Of a stretch of DNA of 64,000 nucleotides, positions 49,733 to 61,300 are shown one piece after another. The DNA lies in NCBI RefSeq assembly GCF_000281045.1, contig NW_008246109.1, positions 201,491 through 265,490 of the forward strand. Direction: 5' to 3'. Both the position numbers and the translations under genes were made by a program. Within the stretch, counting starts at the first letter, position 1; each line of letters starts with the position of its first letter. Origin of the DNA: Saprolegnia diclina VS20 (taxonomy: Eukaryota). A model generated the notes under the pieces. The model did not search any database. It worked only from the letters and a program-made list of their open reading frames with translations, and had not been told where the DNA came from.

Positions 49733-51234
49733 ATGGACGAGGTGCACGTGACGTTCAAGTTCATGCACGAGGAGACGATGGGGCTCACGACGCCGTTGGT
49801 GACGACGGTCCTCGCGCTCAAGGAGGAGATCGCTGCGTCTACGCAGCGCCCCGTCGCGGCCCAGCGCCTCATCTACAAGGGAAAGCTCCTGCACGACGAG
49901 ATGAGCCTCGCCGCGTACCACTTTGTCGACGGCGACACGATCCACGTCGTGACGGCGCCGCCGCCGGCCGCTGCACCGAGCCCTCACGCCTCCAGCCCGC
50001 CTAGCCCGACGCCGTCGCCGTCGGACGGGGACGAAGAAGCCAGCGAAAACGTCGGTCGCGAGCGCCCACCGTACGTATCGATGCACTTTATCCAGCTACC
50101 GCTCTCGCCGCAGCCCGCGCCCGCGCCCTCGCCTCCGGACGACGCCGCCCTCTTGCACCAAGCGCAGCAGTGGCGCGAAGAGACGGCGCGCTTGCCGCGC
50201 CCGGCATTGCACCCGACGCCCTCGTCCCACGCTGCATTCGTCGAGAGCGCGATCGAGCTCGGCGAAACGCTTTCGCACGTCTCGGCGCAGCTGCAGCGCC
50301 TCGCATGGGTCGTCAACCAAACGCCCGACGACGTCGAATCGGCGCGGCAAATGGCCTACTTGGCGTCGCTCCTTGAGGCCATGGGCCCGTACGCGCGGCG
50401 CTTGCACACGAGTTTGGCGCAACCGCCGGCGCCGGCCAACAGCGACCAGCCGTCGACGTCGCGCCTCATGGGCAACCTCCTGCGCGTGCTCGGCGGTCTC
50501 GACACCACGCGCGATAATCCGAACGACGCGTTCTCGCAGTTGCTTCTGATGCTGCAAGGCGTTCCGTGGTCGCTCACGGCCGAGCACCCGGCACAGGACG
50601 TGGCCAACGTCGTACGTCTTCCCACCCGTCATTCCGGAGACGTAGCCTTGTCTTGTAGATTTGGCAACTGTCGCTGCCCGACGTGACGACAGCCGAGATG
50701 CCGTCGCTGTGGCGGCCGACATCGGTGCAAGCCGCGCTCCAGCGCACGCTCGACGAGGTCCTCGGCCTTGGGCGCGTCAACGCCACGACCAATGTACGCT
50801 CCGCGACACTGCCCTGTCGACCATCGCTCCTCCTTGCACTAGGCCAACGAAGTCGACCGGCGCCTCGATCTATGGGCACGCGCGACCGCCGCCGAGTACG
50901 AAGGCTGGCTCGTACGACCTTTTGCGCTTGGACGATGCCACAATCGACGCTGTAGGACGCAGTGATCGACGCGCCAGACGCGACGAGCCGACACTGGAAC
51001 GGCGCCCACGTCCTCTTATGGCGCCGGGTCGCGTCGACCGTCGTGCACGGCACGCCCATGGACGACACCGCGTTTCGGTAGTCGGCTACCTCATTCGAGA
51101 CGTCTCATGCTGTAGCTAGTGACCTCGCACTGCCCTTTCTCTCGACGCTTGTCTGGGTGCTCGCGACGTACGCGCCGCACTTGCGCGCGCCGGTGGTTGT
51201 TGGCCGCCTTATTGACGGAGTACGCTTGCTATAA
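49733..51234 (+). CDS. N-terminal ubiquitin-like domain protein (BAG6-like architecture), several introns
   Basis: TVLALKEEIA...QRLIYKGKLLHD...GDTIHVV followed by a Pro-rich region. The 3' exon structure is approximate. Confidence 0.75.
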
Positions 51235-51480
51235 GATCTCTACCGTGTAAAAGGAAGGTTGCAATGTGCTTGCTGTAGGCGCTGGACCGCGCGGTCGCCA
51301 GTGGCGTGATCGCAGCGCCGATGCTGCCGTTCCTGCAGCAACGAGCTCGGACGTACACGAACGCACTCCTCCACCTCGTCGTGGCCCACACAGCCACCGT
51401 GGTGCTGGGCGACGGCCCGCCCGCCGCCTAGAACTGCAGTGTCTCGCAATGGCATGTATTGTATGGTTCATTTTCTGTGC

Positions 51481-52068
51481 TTATGCCCGCTTGTGGAAGG
51501 CGGCGAGGTTGACTTGGACTTGACGCTGGACGCGCTCGTGCATCTCGCGGCGGTACCCGAGCGGGAGGAGGATCTCGAGCACGACAAAGAGCGGGGCGGT
51601 GATGAGCGCTTGGTCGAGGCTGTCAAAGAGGGCCGGCGCGCGGCGCTCAAACACGCCGTGCCCGATGAACTGGAGGATCCAGGCGCCAATGTGAATGCCA
51701 GCGAGGAGGCGCCACGGCGTCTCGCCATACAGCGCTACATGCGCCTGCGTCCACGCCGTCGTCAGCGCATGCAGCAGGACAATCGCGATGGACGCGCCCG
51801 AGCCCGCGATCGGGTCGAGCGTCACATACCACAGCACGTAGACGACCATAGCGACAAGCCCAATGTCGAACGTCACGTACTCGGCGAGGCCGTACGGCGC
51901 TAAGAACGCATTGTCGGCGAACTGCGGCGCGCAGCTCCCGAGCGCGAGGCCTGTGATGAGGAGCGGCCAAATGCACACGAGGTGGATGTAAACGTTGATC
52001 GGGTTGGCATGGTACGAGAGGTAGAACGTCACTTGCTTCTCGAGGTTGAACTTGTCGGCAAGCGTCAT
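51481..52068 (-). CDS. DUF962 / Mpo1-like membrane protein (2-hydroxy fatty acid dioxygenase family)
   Basis: FYLSYHANPINVYIHLVCIW, WILQFIGHGVFERRAPALFD, APLFVVLE. Confidence 0.9.
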   Translation of the reverse strand: MTLADKFNLEKQVTFYLSYHANPINVYIHLVCIWPLLITGLALGSCAPQFADNAFLAPYGLAEYVTFDIGLVAMVVYVLWYVTLDPIAGSGASIAIVLLHALTTAWTQAHVALYGETPWRLLAGIHIGAWILQFIGHGVFERRAPALFDSLDQALITAPLFVVLEILLPLGYRREMHERVQRQVQVNLAAFHKRA

Positions 52069-53502
52069 GCTGCTGCTGCGTGCGGTAGCTGGCGTCTTGG
52101 GCTCTGAGGCTCAGTCGATGACCAGCGCTTCAAGAAGCTCGCAAATGGTTGAAGCCCTACCCCTTCGTGTGGGAAATGTGATTGCCATCTTGCTCTCTCT
52201 CTTCGCACAAGCAGGTCGAAGCACGGTGCGGGAGCATGAGCCTGAGAGTACGAGAGTATGAGAGCGTGGGAATGATCGGGTCCTGCGATAGAGTGCATGG
52301 CGACGCGCGAGGCAGCACCGCCTTGCGGTCGATGGGTGCGTGATTTGCACGTGAGAAATCGAAACCGATTTTCACGTGAGAAACACGCAGAGTGCTGGTC
52401 GTTGGATCTGGTCGCACAAGATGGGACAGCGATACGAGTACGTGGCACTTGGGCTGCGTCGTTAATGAGGCGAGAAGCTTCCACGAGCGTCAACTCGGAA
52501 GTCTAGTCGGTCGTTCGACTACCTGGCGATGGGACCGCGGAAGCAGTTTGCGACGAACGTATCAGATGGCGGTTCACAGCATCGTGCTTGATGAGGAAGA
52601 TACTTGCATTTCCAAACCAAAGCTGGCTTCGTCAAAGCTACCGATGCCTCTACCAACCCGGTAATACTGCAACAGTACCCGGTACGTAAATCATCATCAC
52701 GGAACAGGCTTGGACCGTTCTTGGCGCAGCTAGACGTCGTGCGCCAAGGTGTGCAGCTACACCCTGCAAGGATGTATGATGAGATCGATAACATCACACA
52801 AGTGACGTGGGGTGGCTTGTGGTGGTGCTGAATGTCTCGATGCGGGCAGCTCCTTCCTCGTGCCCTGGTCACCCACGGACTAGCACGCGACGTTCGTCGA
52901 ATTGTGACGACACCAACGACGACTCGCATGACCATGCACGAGATCGCTTGCAATGATGACTTGGTTGCTCGTGGTGCAACTGATGAAGCGGGGACTGTAC
53001 CTCTGCACTCGCAGCCGAGCAAAGCAAGACAGTGGCGGCCGACATGGAAGTGGCGGCGGACGCGCGAGGAGCCTCACGGGCCGTGACAAAGATAGCTCGT
53101 TCCCAGAGCTCGCTACTGCATTGAGCAGCAGCTCTTCTTCGTGATACCACGTCCAAATTCCTTGTGCTGAGCACGGTGGCACGCGCAAAGAGGCGGCCAT
53201 GGAATAGAATGGATGGCAGCCAAGTGATCGGAGTAATACCGGTAGCCGTGCGCCAGTCGTCCGCCGGACCGATCGAGCATCGCAAACTTCGTGCACCCAT
53301 GCGCCATGGTGGTGCGTGGAACACCACGTTTCCGAACGTGGCGTGGAACGTCGCGGCGTGTCGCGACGTTGGCAACCGGTACCGGTAATCCCACCGATCT
53401 GCCATTTTTAACCCGATTTTAATTATGGTAAGTATGGCAAACATGTATCCGACAGCTGGTGGATTTATCCGGACAAGCTCTGCTCCAATCATACATCCGA
53501 CC

Positions 53503-54161
53503 ATGGCCGAGCAGCACCTCGCCAACGTCACGAGCGCGCTCGGCGCGATCGAAGAGTACCTCGCGCCGCTGACCAAGGCGTCGGTCGATGAGCTCACGAA
53601 AAACGCGGCGCCAATCGAGAAGGCCAAGCTCCAGGTCGGCCTCGGTACGCTACTACCTTGTCTCCATCACGCTCATGGCTCTTCCTCGTAGCCTACTCGG
53701 TGAATGCGCTGCTCTACAGTAGGCGCCTATCCTGCATGCATGGCCCAAGCTCATTGATGTATAGTCTTGCTCAAGACGCAAGGCGCGTCGTCCAAGGACC
53801 TGCGCCAGACCCAAGTCAAGCAAGAGCTGGACCGCGTCAAGGGCTTTGTCCAGAAGATCAAGTACTCGGAAGAGATGGGTGTGTACTTCGTCTTCTCGCC
53901 GCCTTGCATAACGAGCATGCACCTGTAGCCAAGGGCCCGCAGGTCAAGGTCGACGCCGAGGCCGCGGGGCGCTTCATCAACCACGCGCTGTCGTCCGACC
54001 AGGTGTACGTCAAGGCGTTGAACGAGCGCAAGGCGGAGGAGAAGACCGACGTCGAGGAGACCAAGACGGAAGAAAAGGCGTCCAAGGCGTCCAAGAAGAC
54101 CAAGAAGGCGCCGACGACGAGTACCTCGGCCAAGCCGGCCAAGAAGCAGCGCAAGCACTAA
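53503..54161 (+). CDS. C1D: C1D/Rrp47 (Sas10/C1D family) nuclear exosome cofactor, 3 introns
   Basis: EKAKLQVGLAYSVNALLY, KQELDRVKGFVQKIK, VDAEAAGRFINHAL, basic tail. Confidence 0.85.
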
Positions 54162-54323
54162 TCTCATGTAATTATAATGGCTCTGTACATCGTCTACGAG
54201 GCGGTCAGTCGCTGAGACACAAACTCACGGGAACTTCTGCAGTCGTACTCGTACAGCAACCGCCGAGTCAGCAACGCAGAGCCCAGGGCCTGGCCATTCT
54301 AATGCTAGCCCATACCGTAGCCG

Positions 54324-54385
54324 TCAAGTCTACTGTCGTGGCCAACCCTGGGACTCAAGTCTACTGTCGTGGCCTACCCTATGAC
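54324..54385. repeat. 31-bp tandem duplication
   Basis: TCAAGTCTACTGTCGTGGCC(A/T)ACCCT..GAC occurs twice. Confidence 0.8.
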
Positions 54386-54462
54386 GTCCAACATACCGGG
54401 AATAAGAGCTTAGAGGAACCCAAGAACAGAGAACGAGAGGCCTTTTGCTCGGGCTTTCGCGA

Positions 54463-55677
54463 CTACTTGTAGCTGTAGATGCACTTGACGTCTTGGGGCT
54501 GCACGAGCTGCCGACACAGTGGGCACTCGGGCTTGTTTTGGCACCAGCCCACGATACACTCCCAGCAAAAGACGTGACCACACGGCGTCATCGCAGGGTG
54601 GCTACGCTCGGTCAAGCACAGTGCGCACTTGCGCTGCGCCGTGACAGTAGGTCGCGACTCGTCGGACGGGACGCGGTGTTGGTCGAGGCGGCGCGGGGCA
54701 ACCTCGACGCCAAGGAGCGTTCGAAGACAGGCCGACAGACCCAGTACAGACGAGAGCGCGAGTCGCAATAGAATCAAGTAGCCCTAGCGACGCACCGTCC
54801 AACAAGTGTCTCGTGGCGAGTGAGCTACCAGAATCGAAAACTGCGCGTGGGGCGCGTCCAGCTTGCGCGTCAGAATGTACCGGATGCCGGCCACGCGTTT
54901 CGCCATGTCAAAGTAGCGCCCATGGAGGTAGAAGAGCGCAAGGTGCACAGCCACCGCGGCCTGCATCCATGTCGTCACCGACGTCCCTGTACGGGCTTCG
55001 ATCGTCTGCGCCATCTCCTTGGCCCGCTTCACGAGGTCGTCCAGGTACGCGAGGAACTTGTCGACCTTGGACGGCGCTCTGCAACCCAAGAGCGTTGAGA
55101 CTGCTGGTTGAAGAGCGCAATACAACGTACCGGCGGGGCGTCGTCGGCGCCGACACGACAGCGTGCTGGTTGGTTTGCATCTGCAGGCGCTCGCGGGCTT
55201 GGCGACGAGCTTGCTGCAGCCGCGCCTGCGCCTCACCAGGGCGGAGGTTTGACCAGCCCAAGCTAGATCGCTGCTGCAGGTACGGAAGCACGGTCGCGAG
55301 CTGCAGCCACGAGAAGGTCGATGTCCATGAGAGCATGCGAGGACGCTCGCCCTCGACGCGGTAGATGTCGCAGTACTCCTCGCCCATCGTTTGAGACCCT
55401 GTGATACGATAAGGCCAAGTCATTTACAGAAGGTGTGTGTGGCACCCGTCATCGTCAAGTAGAGGAACTTGGTAAGGAGCTGGAGCTCGGGGTCGATCGA
55501 GAGCTGGGCCGCCGCCCCGCCGCCGCCTGCACGGCCCCAGAACTTGAGCTTCTCAACCACGTCATGCAGCTGCGTAAGGAGCTCGGACGCGTAGTACTCG
55601 TCCTTGGTCGCGGCGAGGACGACGCGCGACTGCGGCGCGGCCGCCGGCATCACCACGGCTTCGGCCGTCGTCGTCAT
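54463..55677 (-). CDS. PEX10: Peroxin 10 RING-finger protein, ~3 introns
   Basis: [39 protein letters not shown]3HC4 RING (CALC...[10 protein letters not shown]...CPLCR). Confidence 0.92.
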
Positions 55678-56304
55678 TGCCGATTAGCGTCGGAACGTAC
55701 ACTATTTAAAAGTCCAAGTGGCGAGCACTTTGTACTTAAATAGTGTTTGAATGGCTGTGTCGACCAGTTTGCCATTGACGCTAGAAAGGCCGCAGCGTCT
55801 GATCGCCGCATCTGTGTGTTGCTTGTTGTAAGCATGGTCTGTCTTGTGTGGATACACACCATTATCGTGGGTACATTCTGTCTGCAGTCCAAATGATAAC
55901 CCACCAATGACCGCTCCCTCCGATTCACGGCAACAGCAGGAGCAACCAACCTCCAACCTCGAAGCCTCCTATCAGCAGCTCCAGTACCGAAAACACCTTC
56001 CTCAAGCGCTTCAGCTCGTCTTGTGACGGAATGGCTGGCATCCTGGGGAAAGAAAGGCCAGGTCCCGGACCTGGTTTTTGATGTTCCGGACTCTTCAAGA
56101 TCGCATGTTGGGTTCCAACGCCGTCGTCTGTTGGGCTTCGAGAACGAGCGGCTGGGTGGCGCCATCGACGTAATAGCGGGCACTTGCTTGAAGCCAAATT
56201 TTGTATGTTCCGTCGTGGGGCTAGGCAGCGCCGCGTGGTTGAAGATGGGTCTTGTATGAAGCGGTTCGTGCTCCGACAAGACCGGTCGTCGAATCTCAAT
56301 GGGC

Positions 56305-56352
56305 TGGACCCATGGGTCAATAATACTTTATTATTGACCCATGGTTGGACCC
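56305..56352. repeat. 16-bp perfect hairpin flanked by a TGGACCC direct repeat
   Basis: CCATGGGTCAATAATA-ctt-TATTATTGACCCATGG. Confidence 0.8.
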
Positions 56353-58334
56353 GAGATGGCGTCGTCGACGGCGTCTTCTCGCTTGCGCGTCCGCACCGGA
56401 ACGCACGCTTCAATCTCCAGCACGACTCGTGCATCGTTCTGCATGATGGCACGTGCACGGAGCTGCATTGGTCTGGTCTCTCGGTACTCGCTCCTTTTCG
56501 TGCTCCGTGTCGTCACCGTGGTGCCACGCACGGTGGACCTGGTAAGGCAGCCGTTCGGTGGCCGCAATTCGCTGGCGTGCTGGCGCCAGCGCACCTGATG
56601 CGAGTTACGTCGACTGGCGCTCCACTGCGAGCACAAAGCCAACTCGATCGGGAGTAGCTAGCTACCTCTCTCGACGACGAATGGGCGCGGAAAAGGTAAT
56701 CCACGCACGGGTATTGGGAAGGGACGCAATCCCCACCAAGAGTTGCATATAGCCAAGTATATGAGCCTAAAGTTGGGTGCTTGGGAGGCGTTGAATCTGA
56801 GCTTCGTGCAGATCCCGTGCCGGAGCAAAAAGCTCCTGGCTTGTCGCGCTCGTGACGCCAGCGCCAGGGACACGGTCTTGATCATTGAAGTCGGATTTTC
56901 TATGTGTTGGGAAGGCGCTGGGCCGCTATCCACACCATGTCACAGAGTAGCAAGCACCGACGAGGATCGACTGCGGCCACACTCGAGACGCCAGCAACGA
57001 GTGCAAGAGACGTCTTTGGGGGCGTCGCTTCGAGGTGCCAATAGTAGGATGGATGTAAGGAGCTCCACGGAGCTCCGCGCCGCGTCCGTACGACTGGCGT
57101 TCCGGACTTGAAGGGCGGAACGTGGTCGGACCTGTCCACAGCCAAGTACACTGTAGGCGGATCTGACGTGGAAGGGCAAGCAAAGCGGCTTCCGACTGGG
57201 AAGCTCACCCAAGACGCGCGCCAGAGCCACGAATTAGCTACTCCGGCATTACACGAAATCGTCGGCAGCACGCCACGAAACGCCAGCGATGTCGCCGGTC
57301 CAGTACATAGGTCCTGCATATGCGGTCGTCACCATTGCGTCCAGTGGGTTACCAATGTGCGTATGCCTACTAACGCAAAGTTGTGCTGAACGGAGTCGTG
57401 TGTGAATCGTTGAAGCCAATCTCGCCGCCGCAGCAAAAGCTACTCGGCTTGCCCAGTGGTATATACGTCGGCGACACAATATGCTTGGCAATCATCCTCT
57501 CCACGCAACGCTATCTGAAGCACGTCTACGGGTATCCACCCACCGTTCAAGCCTCCTCTGTCCCACGTCTTGCGATCACTGGGCTGCAAATGCAAGCTCA
57601 CTGCTTCCGATCGCGAGTTTGTTGTCGTTTGAAGGCACCCATTGCCGTTCCGGCCTTTTGGACCAAGTTCCGACATGCCGTTTAAAAAATGGGCGCGCTT
57701 TTTTGCCCGTGCCTTGGTGTTTCTATCCAAGCTGATGTTCCGCTGTTGGGAACACGCATTAAATTCGGGTGGCCGCGTATCGCAGCCTCGGCCCGCTCTG
57801 CGTTTCAGTATACTGGTGCGTGGGGACGGCGTAAGTCACGGTCCATCGCTGTCCAAGGCATACAAAAACCAAGATGTAAAATAAAATCGCGTGCGTGTCA
57901 TCGCTTCTACGTGGCTGTCGCCGGATCTCGCCCATTACAGCTGGCGCCGAGGTATCCGCGAGATCCAGCGGAGCCCCACCAAACCCGCTTCAACTTTTGT
58001 TTGTATGCTCGCCGCCATAGGTTTGGCGCCGCATGAGAAGCCGCTCTCGGCTCTCATTGGTCGAAGCGGATTGGAATATTTTGCATAATAAAATGCGCAA
58101 ACCAATGAACGTTTACCTTGCATATGTATACTTTGGTGATTAAAATGGGCCTCGATCTTGAACGTGGCCGTGGCACTGGTAATATCGAAGCATTAAAATA
58201 CCTTGCACATTGTATGGAAACTGCGGTGACCGGCCGCGTTGCTTTTGTACTTGGTGTTTGTATCGGATGAAATCTCGGTCGGATCTCGGGTCGAGTTCAT
58301 TGTCCAATTTGCCGAGCCGACGATATCCATCGCG

Positions 58335-61300
58335 ATGTCCAAGCCCCAGCACAAGCAGCCGCTGCTCGACGCCGAGAATGAGCAGCTGCCCGAGGTGTAC
58401 AACTCGCTCCACTTCCGCTCGGTCCAGGACCCGTACCGCACGGTGGCCTCGGACCGCATGAGCGTCTACTCGACGCTCCATGCGGGCCATGGCGTCGACA
58501 CGATGCTCGAGGGCGGCCTCGAGCGCTTCTACGAGAAGTACAAGCACCTCTCAAAGAAGGTCAACATGCATCTGGCGACGCCCGAGGTCCGCTTCGAGAA
58601 CCTCAGCTACACGGTCCAGGCGCGCGAGATGACGCTGGCCGAGAAGCAGGGCACGGTCGGCTCGTACTTTACGCGCATGCTCACGCCGTGGGTCAAGAAG
58701 CGCTTCTACGAGCAAAAGGTGTTGCACCCGATGAGCGGTATCATCAAGCCGGGCACCATGACGCTTATTCTTGCCAACCCGGGCTCGGGCAAGTCGACGT
58801 TCCTGAAGGCGCTCGCGGGCAAGCTCCAAAACAACAAGGCGTGCGAAGTTGGCGGTGAGATTACGTTCTCGGGCCTCAAGAGCACGGAAGTCGACCCGAT
58901 GAAGATTGTCGGCCTTGTCGACCAGCGCGACAACCATTGCCCGACTCTCACGGTCCGCGAAACCTTCAAGTTTGCCGATATGTGCTTGAACGGGTCGCCC
59001 GAGTCGCAGCCGGAAGAAGTGCGTGAGGTCGCCAAGCTTCGCACGGAAATGATTTTGCACCTCCTCGGTCTCGGCAACTGCGCCGACACGGTCGTCGGTG
59101 ATGCGCTTCTCCGTGGTTGCTCGGGTGGTGAGCGCAAGCGTGTTACGGTCGGCGAGATGCTTGTCGGTGGCCAGTCGGTCTTCCTCTGCGATGAAATCTC
59201 GACCGGTCTTGACTCGGCCGCCACGTACGATATCGTGCAGTCGCTCCGCACGTGGTCCAAGACGCTTGGCGGCTCGGTCGTCATTGCGCTCCTCCAGCCG
59301 ACGCCCGAAGTCGTCGAGCTCTTTGACGACATCATCATGATGAACGAAGGCCACTTGGTGTACCACGGCCCGCGTACCTCGATCTTGCCGTACTTTGAGA
59401 ACCTCGGCTTCTACTGCCCGCTCCGTACCGATCCGGCGGACTTCCTCATCGATGTCACGTCGGGCCGCGGCAAGAAGTACCTCCTCCCGGAAGACCGCAA
59501 CCGCGCGATCCCGATCCACGCGCATGAGTACAGCAAGGTCTTCTTCGAGTCGGAGATGTACCAGACGTCGCTCAAGGCCATCAACGACGGCTTCAACGTC
59601 GCGGCCATGCAGGACCAGGCCGATTTCGAGAAGATGAAGTCGGTGACAGCGATTGCCCGCACGAAGGAGACGTCGCCGTTTGCGCTCCCATTCCTCGCGT
59701 CGACTCTCCTCCTCCTCGGCCGTCAGAAGACGCTTTGGATCCGTGACAAGCCGCTCCTTTGGGGCAAGCTCGCCGAAGCCATCATCGTCGGTCTCTGCAT
59801 GGGTGCCATCTACTACCAGGCCGACACCAAGTACTTTTTGCGCATGCTCTTCTTCTCGTGCGCGGTCTTCCAGCGCCAGGCGTGGCAGCAGATCACGATT
59901 GCGTACGCGCTCCGTGAGATCTTCTACAAGCAGCGCGCGCGCAACTTTTACCGCACGCTCTCGTACACGATCGCCGAGTCGGTGGTGCAGATGCCCGTCA
60001 ACTTGGCCGTCTCGCTGCTCATGACGACGTTCTTCTACTTCATGTCGGGTCTCTCGCCGAACGCGGGCACGTTTGTGACGTTTGTCGTCATTTGCGTCTG
60101 CTTCCAGCACGCGATTTGCGCGTACATGACGATGCTCAGCTCCATCTCGCCGTCGATCACGATTGGCCAGACGCTGGCGGCGTTCTCGGTGTGCTTCTTC
60201 CTCCTCTTCTCGGGCAACATCATCTTGACCGACTTGATCCCGTCGTACTGGCGCTGGATGTTCTGGTTCAACCCGCTCGCATGGGGTCTCCGCGCTGTTG
60301 TCGTCAACGAGTTCCGCAACGGCGACTACACGCCGGAAGCCCGCGCTGCGAACCTCAAGAGCGTCCAGATGACCCAGTTTGGCACCGAGTACGTTGTGTA
60401 CGGCATCATTGTGCTCCTTGCGTACTACTTCCTCTTCACGGGTCTCAACACGCTCGTGCTCCACTTCATCCGCTACGAACGTCGCTTTGGTGTCTCGGGC
60501 GGCTCGAAGGTCGGCGAGGACGACGACGACTCGGTGTACGTTGAAGTGCAGACGCCGGGTGGTACCATGGTCAAGCAGGACATGGCGCCCAAGAACGACG
60601 GTCTCTCGTTCATCCCGGCCAACTTGTGCATCCGCAACCTCGACTACTACGTCACGCTCCCGACCAAGGTCGAGCGCCAGCTCTTGAACAACATCTCGGC
60701 GTACTTCCAGCCCGGCAAGATGACGGCGCTCATGGGCGCCACGGGTGCCGGCAAGACGACGCTCATGGACGTCATTGCCGGCCGCAAGACGGGCGGCCGC
60801 ATTGTCGGAGACATCATCATCAACGGCGAGCCCAAGAACCCGGCCAACTTTTCGCGCATCACGGCGTACTGCGAGCAGATGGACATCCACTCGGAGATGG
60901 CCACGATCGGCGAGGCGCTTTGGTTCTCGGCCAACCTCCGCCTTCCGGAAGACATTACGTACGAGGAGAAGCGCAAGCTCGTGACGGAGACGCTCGACTT
61001 GCTCGAACTCAACGGTATCATCAACGAGCAGGTCGGCCACCTCTCGGTCGAGCAGAAGAAGCGTGTCACGATCGGTGTCGAAGTCGTGGCCAACCCCAGT
61101 ATCCTCTTCTTGGACGAACCCACGTCGGGTCTCGACGCACGCTCGGCCACGATTGTCATGAAGGGTGTGCAGTCGATTGCGCGCACGGGCCGCACGGTCC
61201 TCTGCACGATCCACCAGCCCTCGATCACGATCTTTGAGCTCTTCGACTCGCTCCTCTTGCTCCAGCGCGGTGGCTTCACTGCCTACTTCGGTGAGCTTGG

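Noticed and set aside
58239..58334. Upstream ORF extensions from non-ATG or early starts (also 19689-20042, 1837-1941, 62532-62795)
   Set aside because: They lack codon bias, and most overlap an INR/FPR-like promoter motif, so the downstream ATG was preferred.
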